Part shown: piece by piece, positions 30,019 to 39,883 of the stretch
Layout: each line of letters opens with the position of its first letter
Position numbering within the stretch: position 1 is the stretch's first letter
Assembly: GCF_032116555.1 (NCBI RefSeq)
Contig: NZ_CP134949.1
Location: forward strand, 310,001 to 374,000
Length of the DNA: 64,000 nt
Source of the DNA: Halorarum halobium
GTDB taxonomy: Archaea > Halobacteriota > Halobacteria > Halobacteriales > Haloferacaceae
Reading direction: 5' to 3'
Notes under the pieces: generated by a model
Seen by the model: only the letters and a program-made list of their open reading frames with translations
The model's database searches: none
What the model was told of the DNA's origin: nothing
Program-made: the position numbers and the translations under genes

Positions 30019-30174
30019 GCTCGGGGGGTCGCGTCGCCCCGAGTTAAATTCCGGTGGCCTCGACGGATCCCGGGTCGCCCCGCCGGCGCGTTCGGCGGAC
30101 GCGGAACCGCGACCCGTCTGACTCCCGCCGCGCCTGTAGTTAGAATTATATACTCCTAGTTGGAGTGTCATGGT

Positions 30175-31893
30175 ATGCCTAGCCACAGGCGCAAGTTCCT
30201 GAAGAGAGCGGCAGTGACAGGTTCCCTGGTCGGACTCGCCGGCTGTCAGGGAGACGGGGGTGACGCCACGCCAGCGGAGACTCAGACTCCCGAGCCAGGC
30301 GTCGAGTACGAGGAGGTGGACGCCGTATCGTGGCTCACCCTCTCGCGCGAGGACAACCCCGGCTACTACGAGGAGGCCCAGCAGGCGATGGGGATGCTCG
30401 AGGAGATCGGCTTCCAGTTCGACGAGAGCGTCTACGAGTCCGGCCAGTGGGTGAACACCCTGTTCGCGAAGGACTACGACATCGCGAACATCGGCTGGTC
30501 CAACACCGTCGAGCGGCTGTTCCCCTACTACAACCTCTACTTCAGCTTCCACTCCCAGTACGCGGGGCCCGACGGCGGGAACTTCTCGAACTTCGTCAGC
30601 GACGAGTACGACCAGGCCGTCGAGAACTTCGCCAGCGAGATGGACGAGGACGCGCGCCAGGAGCTCGCCTACCGTTGTCAGGAGATCCTCGCACGGAACG
30701 TCCCGACCGCGTTCACGACCCACCCGTCCTCGCTCATCGCACACAACACCGAGGAGTTCTCGGGGTGGGACCCGATGGTCGGCGAGTGGGCCTACTTCAA
30801 CCCGACCACCCTGAAGTCGGCGACGCGGCAGGCCGGCGACGGCACGGTCGTGTTCGCGACGACCGCGCCGCCCGAGCAGTACCCGAACTTCATGTCCCAC
30901 ACCGGGCCGGCGGCCGTCTTCCTGCACAAGCTCAACTACGACCCGCTGGTGCAGATGTCCACCACCGGCCGGCCCATCGCCGAGGGCGCGGCCGAGAGCT
31001 GGGAGGTCGTCGACGACACCACCATCGACGTGACGCTCCGGTCGGGGATGACCTGGCACGACGGCGAGCCCGTCACCCCCGAGGACGTCAAGTTCACCTG
31101 GGACTACGCGACCGAACACGGCATCCCGTATCTCGCCTCGGACATCGAGCCGTACGAGAGCTCCGAGGTCACCGGCGAGAACTCGATCCGGTTCACCCTC
31201 TCGAACCCGTTCGCGGGGTTCATCCCGGTCAGCATGTACCGCGTCCCGATCATCCCCCAGCACGTCTGGGAGGGCGTCACCGCGGAGAACGACCTCGATC
31301 ACCCCGGCCAGTGGGAGAACCCGGACATGACGGGCAGTGGGCCCTTCCGGATGGTCAACTACGAGCCGGGGAACCGGATCGTCTTCGAGAAGCACGCCGA
31401 CCACTACGCGGCCGGCGAGTACGACTTCGACTCCATCGTCTACAACATCTACGGGACGAACTCGACGGCGGTCGGCGACGTCATCAACGGCAACGCCACG
31501 TTCACGCAGGGGCTCGGCTACACCGACTGGCAGCGCGCCCAGAACAGCGACACGGCCGAGGCGATCGAGAACCCGAGCATCCAGGCGAACGGCCTGTTCT
31601 TCAACGTGAACAACGAGCCGTTCAACGACGTGCTCGTCCGGCAGGCGATGGCGTACGCGCTCAACCGGACCGAGATCGCACAGACCGTCCACCAGGGGTA
31701 CGCACAGCCCGCGAAGTCGCCCGTCGCGCCCGCGAACGAGGGGTACCACAACCCGGACGTGGCGGCCTACGAGTTCAGCCTGCAGCAGGCTAGGAGCCTG
31801 CTGGAGGAGAGCGGGTTCCGGTACGAGGGTGACACGCTCATGAAGCCGGTCGACTGGGAGCCCACGACCGAGTACGTAAGCGTCAGCGACTGA
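30175..31893 (+). CDS. ABC transporter substrate-binding lipoprotein, family 5 (Dpp/Opp-like), Tat-exported
   Basis: RRKFLK Tat motif and LAGC lipobox; LRSGMTWHDGEPVTPEDVKFT; GSGPF; VRQAMAYALNR. Confidence 0.92.
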   Translation: MPSHRRKFLKRAAVTGSLVGLAGCQGDGGDATPAETQTPEPGVEYEEVDAVSWLTLSREDNPGYYEEAQQAMGMLEEIGFQFDESVYESGQWVNTLFAKDYDIANIGWSNTVERLFPYYNLYFSFHSQYAGPDGGNFSNFVSDEYDQAVENFASEMDEDARQELAYRCQEILARNVPTAFTTHPSSLIAHNTEEFSGWDPMVGEWAYFNPTTLKSATRQAGDGTVVFATTAPPEQYPNFMSHTGPAAVFLHKLNYDPLVQMSTTGRPIAEGAAESWEVVDDTTIDVTLRSGMTWHDGEPVTPEDVKFTWDYATEHGIPYLASDIEPYESSEVTGENSIRFTLSNPFAGFIPVSMYRVPIIPQHVWEGVTAENDLDHPGQWENPDMTGSGPFRMVNYEPGNRIVFEKHADHYAAGEYDFDSIVYNIYGTNSTAVGDVINGNATFTQGLGYTDWQRAQNSDTAEAIENPSIQANGLFFNVNNEPFNDVLVRQAMAYALNRTEIAQTVHQGYAQPAKSPVAPANEGYHNPDVAAYEFSLQQARSLLEESGFRYEGDTLMKPVDWEPTTEYVSVSD

Positions 31894-31982
31894 ACAGGCC
31901 CCCAAACCTATTTACGGATGTCCGCGCCACCGAACGCACAGACGGTTCCGACGCCAGCCCCCCGGAGGTCGATTCCACACCA

Positions 31983-32975
31983 ATGAACCAGAAACTGAAG
32001 TTCGTCCTGCAGCGGTTCGCGCTGATGCTGATCTCGCTGTTCGCGGTGATCACCATCCTGTTCCTGCTGTTCCGGCTGATGCCCGGCAACCCCGCCAGCC
32101 AGCTCGTCTCGCCGCGGTTCTCGGAGGCCGAACGGCAGGCATTGCTCGCACAGCACGGGCTCACCGAACCGCTGCACGTCCAGTACGTCGTCTACCTCCA
32201 GAACGTGGCCCAGGGGAACCTGGGCATCTCGTTCCAGCACGGGAGCCCGGTCGTCCCGTTCCTGCTCAACAAGACGTTGAACACCCTCTCGATCACGGTG
32301 CCGGCGCTGCTGCTCGCGTTCACGTTCGGCCCGTTCATCGGCGCCAACTTCGCGTGGAACCGCAACGAGAGCATCGACGCGTACGGCACCGGGGCCGTCC
32401 TGATCGCCTTCGCCGCGCCCATCTTCTGGACGGGCATGTTGAGCATCATGGTGTTCTCGTTCTGGCTCGGCTGGCTGCCCGCGGCGGGGATGCACTCGGC
32501 GACGTACACGGAGACGTCGCTTGTGGATCGCTTCTTCTCGGTGGGCTTTCTCAGGCACGCGATCCTCCCCATCGCCATCTTCGCGCTCTGGCGGCTGAGC
32601 CAGCCGACGCTCATCATGCGGAACAACATGATCGACCTCATCGGCTCGGACTTCATCAAGCTGAAGCGCGCCGAGGGGCTCGACGAGCGGACGATCATGT
32701 ACCGGCACGGGGCCCGTAACGCGCTGCTCCCGCTGGTCCACTACATGGCGCTCGCGTTCGGCTTCGCCTTCGGCGGGTCGATCATCCTCGAGACGGTGTT
32801 CTCCTGGCCCGGGGTCGGCCAGGCGATGTGGAACGCGGTCCGCGCGAGCGACTACCCGGTCGCACAGGGCGCGTTCACGATCATCTCGGTCGCCATCATC
32901 CTCCTGAACTTCCTGGTCGACGTGCTGTCGGTGTACATCGACCCGCGCGTCGCCGACTCGGGGGTGGAAACGTGA
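31983..32975 (+). CDS. Peptide/nickel-type ABC transporter permease (DppB-like)
   Basis: MPGNPA, GNLGIS, EAA-like loop, LETVFSWPGVG, DYPVAQG. Confidence 0.93.
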   Translation: MNQKLKFVLQRFALMLISLFAVITILFLLFRLMPGNPASQLVSPRFSEAERQALLAQHGLTEPLHVQYVVYLQNVAQGNLGISFQHGSPVVPFLLNKTLNTLSITVPALLLAFTFGPFIGANFAWNRNESIDAYGTGAVLIAFAAPIFWTGMLSIMVFSFWLGWLPAAGMHSATYTETSLVDRFFSVGFLRHAILPIAIFALWRLSQPTLIMRNNMIDLIGSDFIKLKRAEGLDERTIMYRHGARNALLPLVHYMALAFGFAFGGSIILETVFSWPGVGQAMWNAVRASDYPVAQGAFTIISVAIILLNFLVDVLSVYIDPRVADSGVET

Positions 32976-33886
32976 TGGAAGTCGTCCTCGGTCGGCTCTC
33001 GCGGAGCCAGCGGATCCAGTTCGAGCACTACCGCTCGCGGCTGGTCGAGGCGGTCGCCGTCTTCCGCGAGAACCGGATGGCGATGGTCGGGGCCGCCGTC
33101 GTGGCGCTGACGCTGTTCATGGCGATCTTCGCGCCGGTGCTCGCGCCCTACGAGCCGACCGAGACGGTGTACAACGACGAGGGGACGCCCGCGACGCTCC
33201 AGCCCCCGAGCGCCGAGTACCCGATGGGGACGAACCACCTCGGCCAGGACATCCTGAGCCAGTGGATCTACGGGAGCCAGGTCTCGCTGCTGGTCGGGTT
33301 CCTCTCCGGGCTCTCGGTGGTCGCCATCGGGACGACCGTCGGGCTCGTCGCCGGCTACTACAAGGGGACGATCGACCTGGTCCTCATGCGCGTCGTGGAC
33401 GTCCTCTACGCGATCCCGGCGACGCCGCTCGTCCTGGTCGTCGCGCTGTTCTACGGGAGCTCCGTCTGGACGGTCATCATCGCGATGATCCTCGTGCTCT
33501 GGCGGACGTCGGCCCGCCTCATCAGGTCCGAGACGATGTCGCTCGCCGAACAGCCGTTCGTGAAGGCCGCGCGGGCCTCGGGCGCGAGCGACCTCCGCAT
33601 CATGTTCGTCCACATCGCGCCGATCCTGGTGCCGATCATGCTCGTCGAGGGGACGTTCGTGATGGGCTCGGCGATCCTGCTGGAGGCGGGCATCTCGTTC
33701 CTCGGGCTCGGGGCGACCGAGATGATGAGCTGGGGCGTCATGCTCCAGCTCACGTTCTCCAGTGGCGCCATCGCGGTCGCGTGGTGGTGGGTGCTCCCGC
33801 CGGGGCTGTCCATCACGGCGCTCGTCGTGTCGTTCTTCTACATCTCGCGTGGCATCGAGGACGTGACCAACCCGCAGATCAGGTGA
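32975..33886 (+). CDS. Peptide/nickel-type ABC transporter permease (DppC-like)
   Basis: PMGTNHLGQD, FVKAARASGAS, EAGISFLGLG, WWWVLPPG. Confidence 0.93.
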   Translation: MEVVLGRLSRSQRIQFEHYRSRLVEAVAVFRENRMAMVGAAVVALTLFMAIFAPVLAPYEPTETVYNDEGTPATLQPPSAEYPMGTNHLGQDILSQWIYGSQVSLLVGFLSGLSVVAIGTTVGLVAGYYKGTIDLVLMRVVDVLYAIPATPLVLVVALFYGSSVWTVIIAMILVLWRTSARLIRSETMSLAEQPFVKAARASGASDLRIMFVHIAPILVPIMLVEGTFVMGSAILLEAGISFLGLGATEMMSWGVMLQLTFSSGAIAVAWWWVLPPGLSITALVVSFFYISRGIEDVTNPQIR

Positions 33887-33891
33887 CTACC

Positions 33892-34920
33892 ATGACACTA
33901 CTCGAACTCGACGATCTCGGCGTGACCTACGAGGAGGACGGCGCGGACGTACACGCGGTCGACGGCGTCGACCTGTCGGTCGAAGCCGGCGAGACGCTCG
34001 GCATCGTCGGCGAGAGCGGCTGTGGCAAGTCGACGGTGATCAAGTCGCTCGTCGACATCCTCGACGAGAACGGCTCGGTGTCGGCCGGGGAGATCCGGTT
34101 CCGCGGCGAGGACCTCGTGGGCTTCTCACAGGAGCGACTGAACGAGGAGGTCCGGTGGACCGAGATCTCCTACATCCCGCAGAACGCGATGGCGTCGCTC
34201 GACCCGGTGTACCGCATCGGTGCACAGATAATCGAGGTGATTCGGGCACACACCGACGCGACCGAGGGGGAGGCGCGGGCCCGGGCGGAGGAACTGCTGG
34301 TCGACGTCGGCCTCGACGCGGAACGGCTCTCCGATTACCCGCACGAGCTCTCGGGCGGGCAGCGCCAGCGCGCCGTCATCGCGCTCGCGCTCGCACTCGA
34401 GCCGTCGGTCATCCTCGCCGACGAGCCGACGACCGGCCTCGACGTCGTCATCCAGGACGAGATCCTCAAGCTGCTCTCGGAGATCCAGGCGGAGGTGAAC
34501 TGCGCCATCGTGCTCGTCACCCACGACATGAGCGTCGTCGCCGAGATCGCCGACACGATCGCCGTGATGTACGGCGGCCGGGTGATGGAGGTCGGGGACA
34601 CGACCGACGTGTTCACCGACAGCACCCACCCGTACACGATCGGGCTGAAGAACGCGTTCCCGACGCTTGAGCGCGGGAGCGACACGTCGCGGCTCGTCTC
34701 CATCCCGGGGTCGCCGCCGAACCTCCGGCACCCGCCCTCCGGCTGTCGGTTCACGGACCGATGCCCGTTCGCGACCGAGGAGTGTACGGCCGTCGAGCCG
34801 CCGACGGTCGAGGTCGGCGACGGGCAGCGCGCGAAGTGTCACTACACGGACCGGGCGGCCGAGTTCAGGCGCCGCGGGGAGTCATCGGACGTCTGGCTCG
34901 AAGCCGGAGGTGACGACTGA
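33892..34920 (+). CDS. ABC transporter ATP-binding protein (DppD-like)
   Basis: GESGCGKS, LSGGQRQR, ADEPTT, C-terminal GCRF...CP...C...C motif. Confidence 0.95.
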   Translation: MTLLELDDLGVTYEEDGADVHAVDGVDLSVEAGETLGIVGESGCGKSTVIKSLVDILDENGSVSAGEIRFRGEDLVGFSQERLNEEVRWTEISYIPQNAMASLDPVYRIGAQIIEVIRAHTDATEGEARARAEELLVDVGLDAERLSDYPHELSGGQRQRAVIALALALEPSVILADEPTTGLDVVIQDEILKLLSEIQAEVNCAIVLVTHDMSVVAEIADTIAVMYGGRVMEVGDTTDVFTDSTHPYTIGLKNAFPTLERGSDTSRLVSIPGSPPNLRHPPSGCRFTDRCPFATEECTAVEPPTVEVGDGQRAKCHYTDRAAEFRRRGESSDVWLEAGGDD

Positions 34921-35939
34921 TGGCGGCACAGGAAGCGAACTCCTCGACGCTGTTCGACGTCCGCGACCTCCGGAAGTGGTTCCGGTCCACGGGCGAGGCG
35001 TCGCTGCTCTCGTCGCTGTTCTCGGACCCGAGCCACCTGAAGGCGGTCGACGACGTCGCATTGACGATCGACCGCGGCGAGATCGTCGGGCTCGCGGGTC
35101 AGAGCGGCTGCGGGAAGTCGACGCTCGGCGAACTGCTGGTCGGGCTCCAGGAGCCGACCGGCGGGGAGATCACGTTCGACGGGGAGCCGCTTTCGGAGTT
35201 CGGCGGCTCCGAGATGCAGGCGTTCCGGCGGCGGGCACAGGTCATCTTCCAGGACCCGTACGAGGCGATGAACCCGCGGTTCCCGGTCGCCCGCATCGTC
35301 TCCGAGCCGCTGAAGATCCACGGCATCGGCGACCGCGAGTCCCGGACCGACCGGACCATCGAGACGCTCGAGGAGGTCGGCCTCTCGCCGCCCGAGAAGT
35401 ACCTGGACAAGCTCCCGGGGGAGCTGTCGGGCGGGGAGCGTCAGCGGGTGTGTATCGCCCGGGCGATCATCCTCGATCCGGACTTCCTCGTGGCCGATGA
35501 GCCGGTCTCGATGCTCGACGTGAGCGTCCGGACCGGCATCCTCCACCTGTTCGAGCGCCTGCAGGCAGAGCGGGACCTCTCGATCCTGTACATCTCACAC
35601 GACCTCTCGACGATCAACTACCTCGCGGACCGCACGATGATCATGTACCTCGGCAAGATCGTGGAGACCGGGCCGACCGAGGAGGTGATCCACGAGCCCT
35701 CCCACCCGTACACGGAGGCGCTGCTCGACTCGGTCCCGAACCCGGATCCGAGCGCGACCCGCTCGTGGGGGAAGCTGGAGGGGAAGGTGCCCAGCCCGAC
35801 CGACGTCCCGAGCGGCTGTCGGTTCCACCCGCGCTGTGAGTACGCGACCGAGGAGTGTACCGAGTCCGAACCGGCGCTGAAAGAACGGGGCCGGACGGGT
35901 CACGACGTGGCCTGCATCCACCCGCTCCATGAGTCCTGA
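34920..35939 (+). CDS. ABC transporter ATP-binding protein (DppF-like)
   Basis: GQSGCGKS, LSGGERQR, ADEPVSMLD, GCRFHPRC. Confidence 0.95.
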   Translation: MAAQEANSSTLFDVRDLRKWFRSTGEASLLSSLFSDPSHLKAVDDVALTIDRGEIVGLAGQSGCGKSTLGELLVGLQEPTGGEITFDGEPLSEFGGSEMQAFRRRAQVIFQDPYEAMNPRFPVARIVSEPLKIHGIGDRESRTDRTIETLEEVGLSPPEKYLDKLPGELSGGERQRVCIARAIILDPDFLVADEPVSMLDVSVRTGILHLFERLQAERDLSILYISHDLSTINYLADRTMIMYLGKIVETGPTEEVIHEPSHPYTEALLDSVPNPDPSATRSWGKLEGKVPSPTDVPSGCRFHPRCEYATEECTESEPALKERGRTGHDVACIHPLHES

Positions 35940-35993
35940 GACGATGTACCTGCGATCCACACGCACACCGACCGGCCGTTCGAGGAGTCGACC

Positions 35994-37109
35994 ATGAGCG
36001 CGACCGTCGCCGACGTCGAGGCGATCCCCGTCGAGATGGCCGTGACCTCCCTCGAGGCGGGCGGCATCGCCCCGTACGTCGGGAACGCCTCCTCGGTCGA
36101 GGAGGTCGAACGCGTGCTGCTCAGGCTGACGACCGAGTCCGGGATCGAGGGCTGGGGCGAGATCAGGCCCTCCCCGTCGGTCGAGTCGACGGTCGGGGTG
36201 CTGGAGGCCGACGTGATCCCGGCGGCGGTCGGCCGGGAGGTCTGGGAGATCGAGTCGTTCGTCCGCTCGTTCGAGTACGAGTATCTCGACCTGAACGGCT
36301 ACGTCGCCGGCGTGGAGATGGCGATGTGGGACGCGCTGGGGAAGCACCTCGACGCGCCGCTCCACCGGCTCATCGGCGGGAAGTGCGCCGACGAGGTTCC
36401 GATCGCGAACACGCTCGGAATTCTCGACCCGGAGGAGTCCCGGACGTACGCCCGCCGGGCGCTCGAGGCGGGGTACGACGTCCTCAAGACGAAGGCGGGC
36501 AGGGACTGGGAACGGGACGTCGAGCGGGTCGTGGCGATGCACGAGGAGGTCGACGGCGAACTGGAGTTCCGCGTCGACCCGAACCAGGGGTGGCGCTTCG
36601 AGGACGCCGTCCGCGTCGGCGCCAGACTGGAGGACGAGGGAATCTACCTCCAGTACCTCGAACAGCCGATCCGCATCGACTCCGTCGGCACGTACGAGCG
36701 CCTGCGGAACCGGCTCAGGACGCCCGTCGGCATCAACGAGGACGCGTACTTCCCGCGGCACCTCTCACAGCTTCTCAGCGCGGACGCCATCGACGTCGCC
36801 GTCGTCGACCTCGTGCCGGCCGGCGGGGTGCTCGCGCTGAAGGGACAGGCCGCCGTGGCGGACGAGCACGGCGTCTCGGTCGCCCACCACGACGGGTTCG
36901 ACCTCGGGATCAAGAAGGCGGCCGTGTTGCACGCGGTCGCCAGCACGCCGGCGATCAACCTCGCGGTGGACACCGTCTACCAGGCGTGGGACGATCATCT
37001 CCTCGAGGAGCCGCTCACGGTCGCCGACGGGGCGATGCCGGTCCCCGAGGGCCCGGGGCTCGGCGTGTCGGTCGACGAGGGGAAGCTGGAGCGGTATCGG
37101 CTGGACTGA
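35994..37109 (+). CDS. Enolase superfamily (mandelate racemase/MLE family) protein with glucarate-dehydratase-like motifs
   Basis: EMAMWDALGK, KTK, RVDPNQGW, YLEQP, GINED, HHDG, PGLGV. Confidence 0.85.
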   Translation: MSATVADVEAIPVEMAVTSLEAGGIAPYVGNASSVEEVERVLLRLTTESGIEGWGEIRPSPSVESTVGVLEADVIPAAVGREVWEIESFVRSFEYEYLDLNGYVAGVEMAMWDALGKHLDAPLHRLIGGKCADEVPIANTLGILDPEESRTYARRALEAGYDVLKTKAGRDWERDVERVVAMHEEVDGELEFRVDPNQGWRFEDAVRVGARLEDEGIYLQYLEQPIRIDSVGTYERLRNRLRTPVGINEDAYFPRHLSQLLSADAIDVAVVDLVPAGGVLALKGQAAVADEHGVSVAHHDGFDLGIKKAAVLHAVASTPAINLAVDTVYQAWDDHLLEEPLTVADGAMPVPEGPGLGVSVDEGKLERYRLD

Positions 37110-37172
37110 GCGTCCGTCAGGCCGGTCGCGAAACCGTCGGGGACCGAGCGTCGAGCGAGCGTTCGAACGCGC

Positions 37173-38060
37173 TCAGCCGTGTCGGCAGGGGTTCGAGAGT
37201 TCGCCGATGCCCTCGACGCCGACCGTGATCTCGTCGCCATCCTCGAGGTAGATCGGCGGCTCCCGGAACGCGCCGACGCCGGGCGGCGTCCCGGTGAGGA
37301 TGACGTCGCCGGGGACGAGCGTGAACGCCTCGCTGCAGAAGGAGACGAGTTCGTCGATGCCGAACAACAGGTCGGCCGTCGTCGACTCCTGGAGGCGTTC
37401 GCCGTTCAGATCGGCCCACAGCGCGAGGTCCTCGGGGTCGCCGAGTTCGTCCCCGGTCACGAGTTCGGGGCCGAGCGGGCAGAACGTGTCGAGCGTCTTC
37501 CCCCGGACCCACTGGTCGTCGGCGAACTGGAGGTCCCGGGCCGAGACGTCGTTCGCCACGGTGTAGCCCGCGAGGTACTCCCGCGCGTCGGCCTCGTCGA
37601 CGCGGCGCGCCTCCCGACCGACGACGGCCGCCAGTTCGACCTCGTAGTCGACCTCGTCGGTGAGCGCCGGGTCCCACGCGATCGGGGCGTCGGGCCCGGT
37701 GATCGCCGTCGGGTACTTCGAGAAGAGGACGGGGTTCTCGGGGGCCGTCTCGCCCGTTTCCTCGACGTGTTCGACGTAGTTCAGGCCGACGCAGATGACC
37801 TTCTGTGGGTCCTCGACCGGCGCGAGGAGATCGACGTCGGGTCGGTCGTGCGTTCCGACGCCCGCCTCCCGGGCGTGGGCCGCGAGCAGGTCGAGCTTCT
37901 CCCGCCAGCGTGGCTGGGACAGGAGTTCGCGTGTGCTCCCGGGGACGCCGACGTCGAGGGCCTCGCCGACCGTCCGCAGGTCGGCGACGACGCCCTCGTC
38001 CGGCAGCGAGACCCCGACGCGGGACGTGGTTCCGTCGCTGGTGAATCGAACGAGTCGCAT
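37173..38060 (-). CDS. Fumarylacetoacetate hydrolase (FAH) family protein
   Basis: KVICVGLNYVEH, DYEVEL, NDVSARD, GKTLDTF, TGTPPGVG. Confidence 0.93.
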   Translation of the reverse strand: MRLVRFTSDGTTSRVGVSLPDEGVVADLRTVGEALDVGVPGSTRELLSQPRWREKLDLLAAHAREAGVGTHDRPDVDLLAPVEDPQKVICVGLNYVEHVEETGETAPENPVLFSKYPTAITGPDAPIAWDPALTDEVDYEVELAAVVGREARRVDEADAREYLAGYTVANDVSARDLQFADDQWVRGKTLDTFCPLGPELVTGDELGDPEDLALWADLNGERLQESTTADLLFGIDELVSFCSEAFTLVPGDVILTGTPPGVGAFREPPIYLEDGDEITVGVEGIGELSNPCRHG

Positions 38061-38752
38061 GGTACTCCCATCGCTCACGGGTGGCATTAGCGTTTGGTCC
38101 ACGGGGAATTTCGTGGCTCGGGTCGATCGAAGTCGATGAGATATGACAGAAAATCTTATATTCTACTTACTTCACAAAATTCTGATGGTTATTCGAGCGA
38201 GACAATGCCTCGGCCCCTCCTCGATTCCCACTTTCACGCTTCCGGCGTCTCCTCGGCTTCAGGGAACCGGAAGAATCACTGTACCCGGGTGCTTTTCGTC
38301 CTCGGCCACACGGATTTCCCCTTCGACGTCGGTCCGACCATCGTCGTCCACGAGTCCGATTCCGCGATGGTCACGCTCGGTCGCGTTCGCCCGGTGAAAC
38401 GCTGCCAGTCGTTCGACGAAACGACTGAGTGCGGCGTCATCGACGCCGCGGACGTCGTGGCTCCGAAGCCGTGGACGCCTGCTGTACTTCCGATCCGACG
38501 ATTCTCCGGCCGCGACTCGCGGATCGACGAGCAGGCCCGGATGGGCCGTCGGGAGCTAAAATAATATTCGAAACATGTGTATATCACTATTCGAATGGTT
38601 CTCTCACTGGTCGAGCCCCTTGACCGCCTCGAAGACGTCGATCGAGTCCCGACGGACCGGCATCGCCGCGATGCCGGGATCGGACTCGCTCGTGGGTGAG
38701 GGCGGTCGCGGAGAGTCCGGTTTTATCACCGTCGTCCCCGATGGCGTTGCTA

Positions 38753-39826
38753 ATGAGTCTCGAATCATACCTCGACGGCTTCGAGAGGCGCGACTGGCGG
38801 ACGGCCACGGACGGGACCGTCCGGCTCGCCGTCATCGGGCTCGGCTGGTGGACGCTCGATCAGGCGATCCCCGCGATCACCGGGGCGGAACGCTGTGAGA
38901 CGACCGTCGCGGTCAGCGGCTCGACGGAGAAGGCCGACCGCGTCGCGGCCGAACGGGCGACCGTCGAGCACGGGCTCACCTACGACGAGTTCCACGAGGG
39001 CGTCGCGTCGGACGCCTACGACGCCGTCTACGTCTGCTCGCCGAACGCGCTCCATCTGCCGTACGTCGAAACCGCCGCCGAACTCGGGAAGGCGGTCCTC
39101 TGTGAGAAACCGATCGAGGCCAGCGTGGAGCGGGCCCGGGAGATGGTCGAGGTCTGTGCGGACGCCGACGTGCCGCTGGCGGTCGCCTACCGGATGCAGA
39201 CCGAACCGGCGATCCGACGCGCCAGGGAGCTCGTCCGGGCCGGCGCCATCGGCGACCCCGTTCACGCGATCGGCACAAACTCCCAGACGATGGTCGACCT
39301 GGCCGAGAGTCCGAACCAGTGGCGGCTGAACCCGGACCTGGCCGGGCCCGGCGCCACGGTGACCGACATCGGGATCTACCCGCTGAACACGACGCGGTTC
39401 CTCCTCGACGCCGACCCCGTCGCCGTCCAGGGGGTCATGCGCTCGGAGCACGACGCGTTCGCCGACGTCCCCGACGAACACGCCGCGTTCACGACGACGT
39501 TTTCGGACGGCACGTACCTGGCCTGTACGGCCAGCCAGAACGCCCAGTCCTCGACGAGCCTCAGACTCGTCGGCACCGAGGGCGAACTGTACGTCGAGCC
39601 AGCCTACCACATGGAGACGGAGCTCCGCGTGACCCGCGGCGGCACCAGCGTCGCGCTCGACACGCCGGGGGTCAACCAGATGACCGAACTGTTCGACTAC
39701 TTCGCCGACCGCGTGCTCAGCGGCGCCGAGATCGGCCCGGACGGGGAACACGGCGTGATCGACATGCGGGCGATCGAAGCGATCTACGAGGCGGCGTCGT
39801 CGGGACGGACGGTCGAACTCGACTGA
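38753..39826 (+). CDS. Gfo/Idh/MocA aldose 1-dehydrogenase (haloarchaeal D-xylose dehydrogenase-like)
   Basis: RRDW...[39 protein letters not shown]. Confidence 0.85.
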   Translation: MSLESYLDGFERRDWRTATDGTVRLAVIGLGWWTLDQAIPAITGAERCETTVAVSGSTEKADRVAAERATVEHGLTYDEFHEGVASDAYDAVYVCSPNALHLPYVETAAELGKAVLCEKPIEASVERAREMVEVCADADVPLAVAYRMQTEPAIRRARELVRAGAIGDPVHAIGTNSQTMVDLAESPNQWRLNPDLAGPGATVTDIGIYPLNTTRFLLDADPVAVQGVMRSEHDAFADVPDEHAAFTTTFSDGTYLACTASQNAQSSTSLRLVGTEGELYVEPAYHMETELRVTRGGTSVALDTPGVNQMTELFDYFADRVLSGAEIGPDGEHGVIDMRAIEAIYEAASSGRTVELD

Positions 39827-39883
39827 GACGGGCGATCGCGGGAGCACACAGTGATGACCCTGGGGCGACGACGTGAATCCGTG

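Noticed and set aside
28531..31905. 1124-aa ALDH fusion ORF
   Set aside because: The N-terminal part is the antisense shadow of the binding-protein gene; the real ALDH starts at 30018.
38094..38587. CDS or transposase fragment in the inter-module spacer
   Set aside because: There are no recognisable motifs or terminal repeats and the composition is atypical; at most this is decayed sequence.
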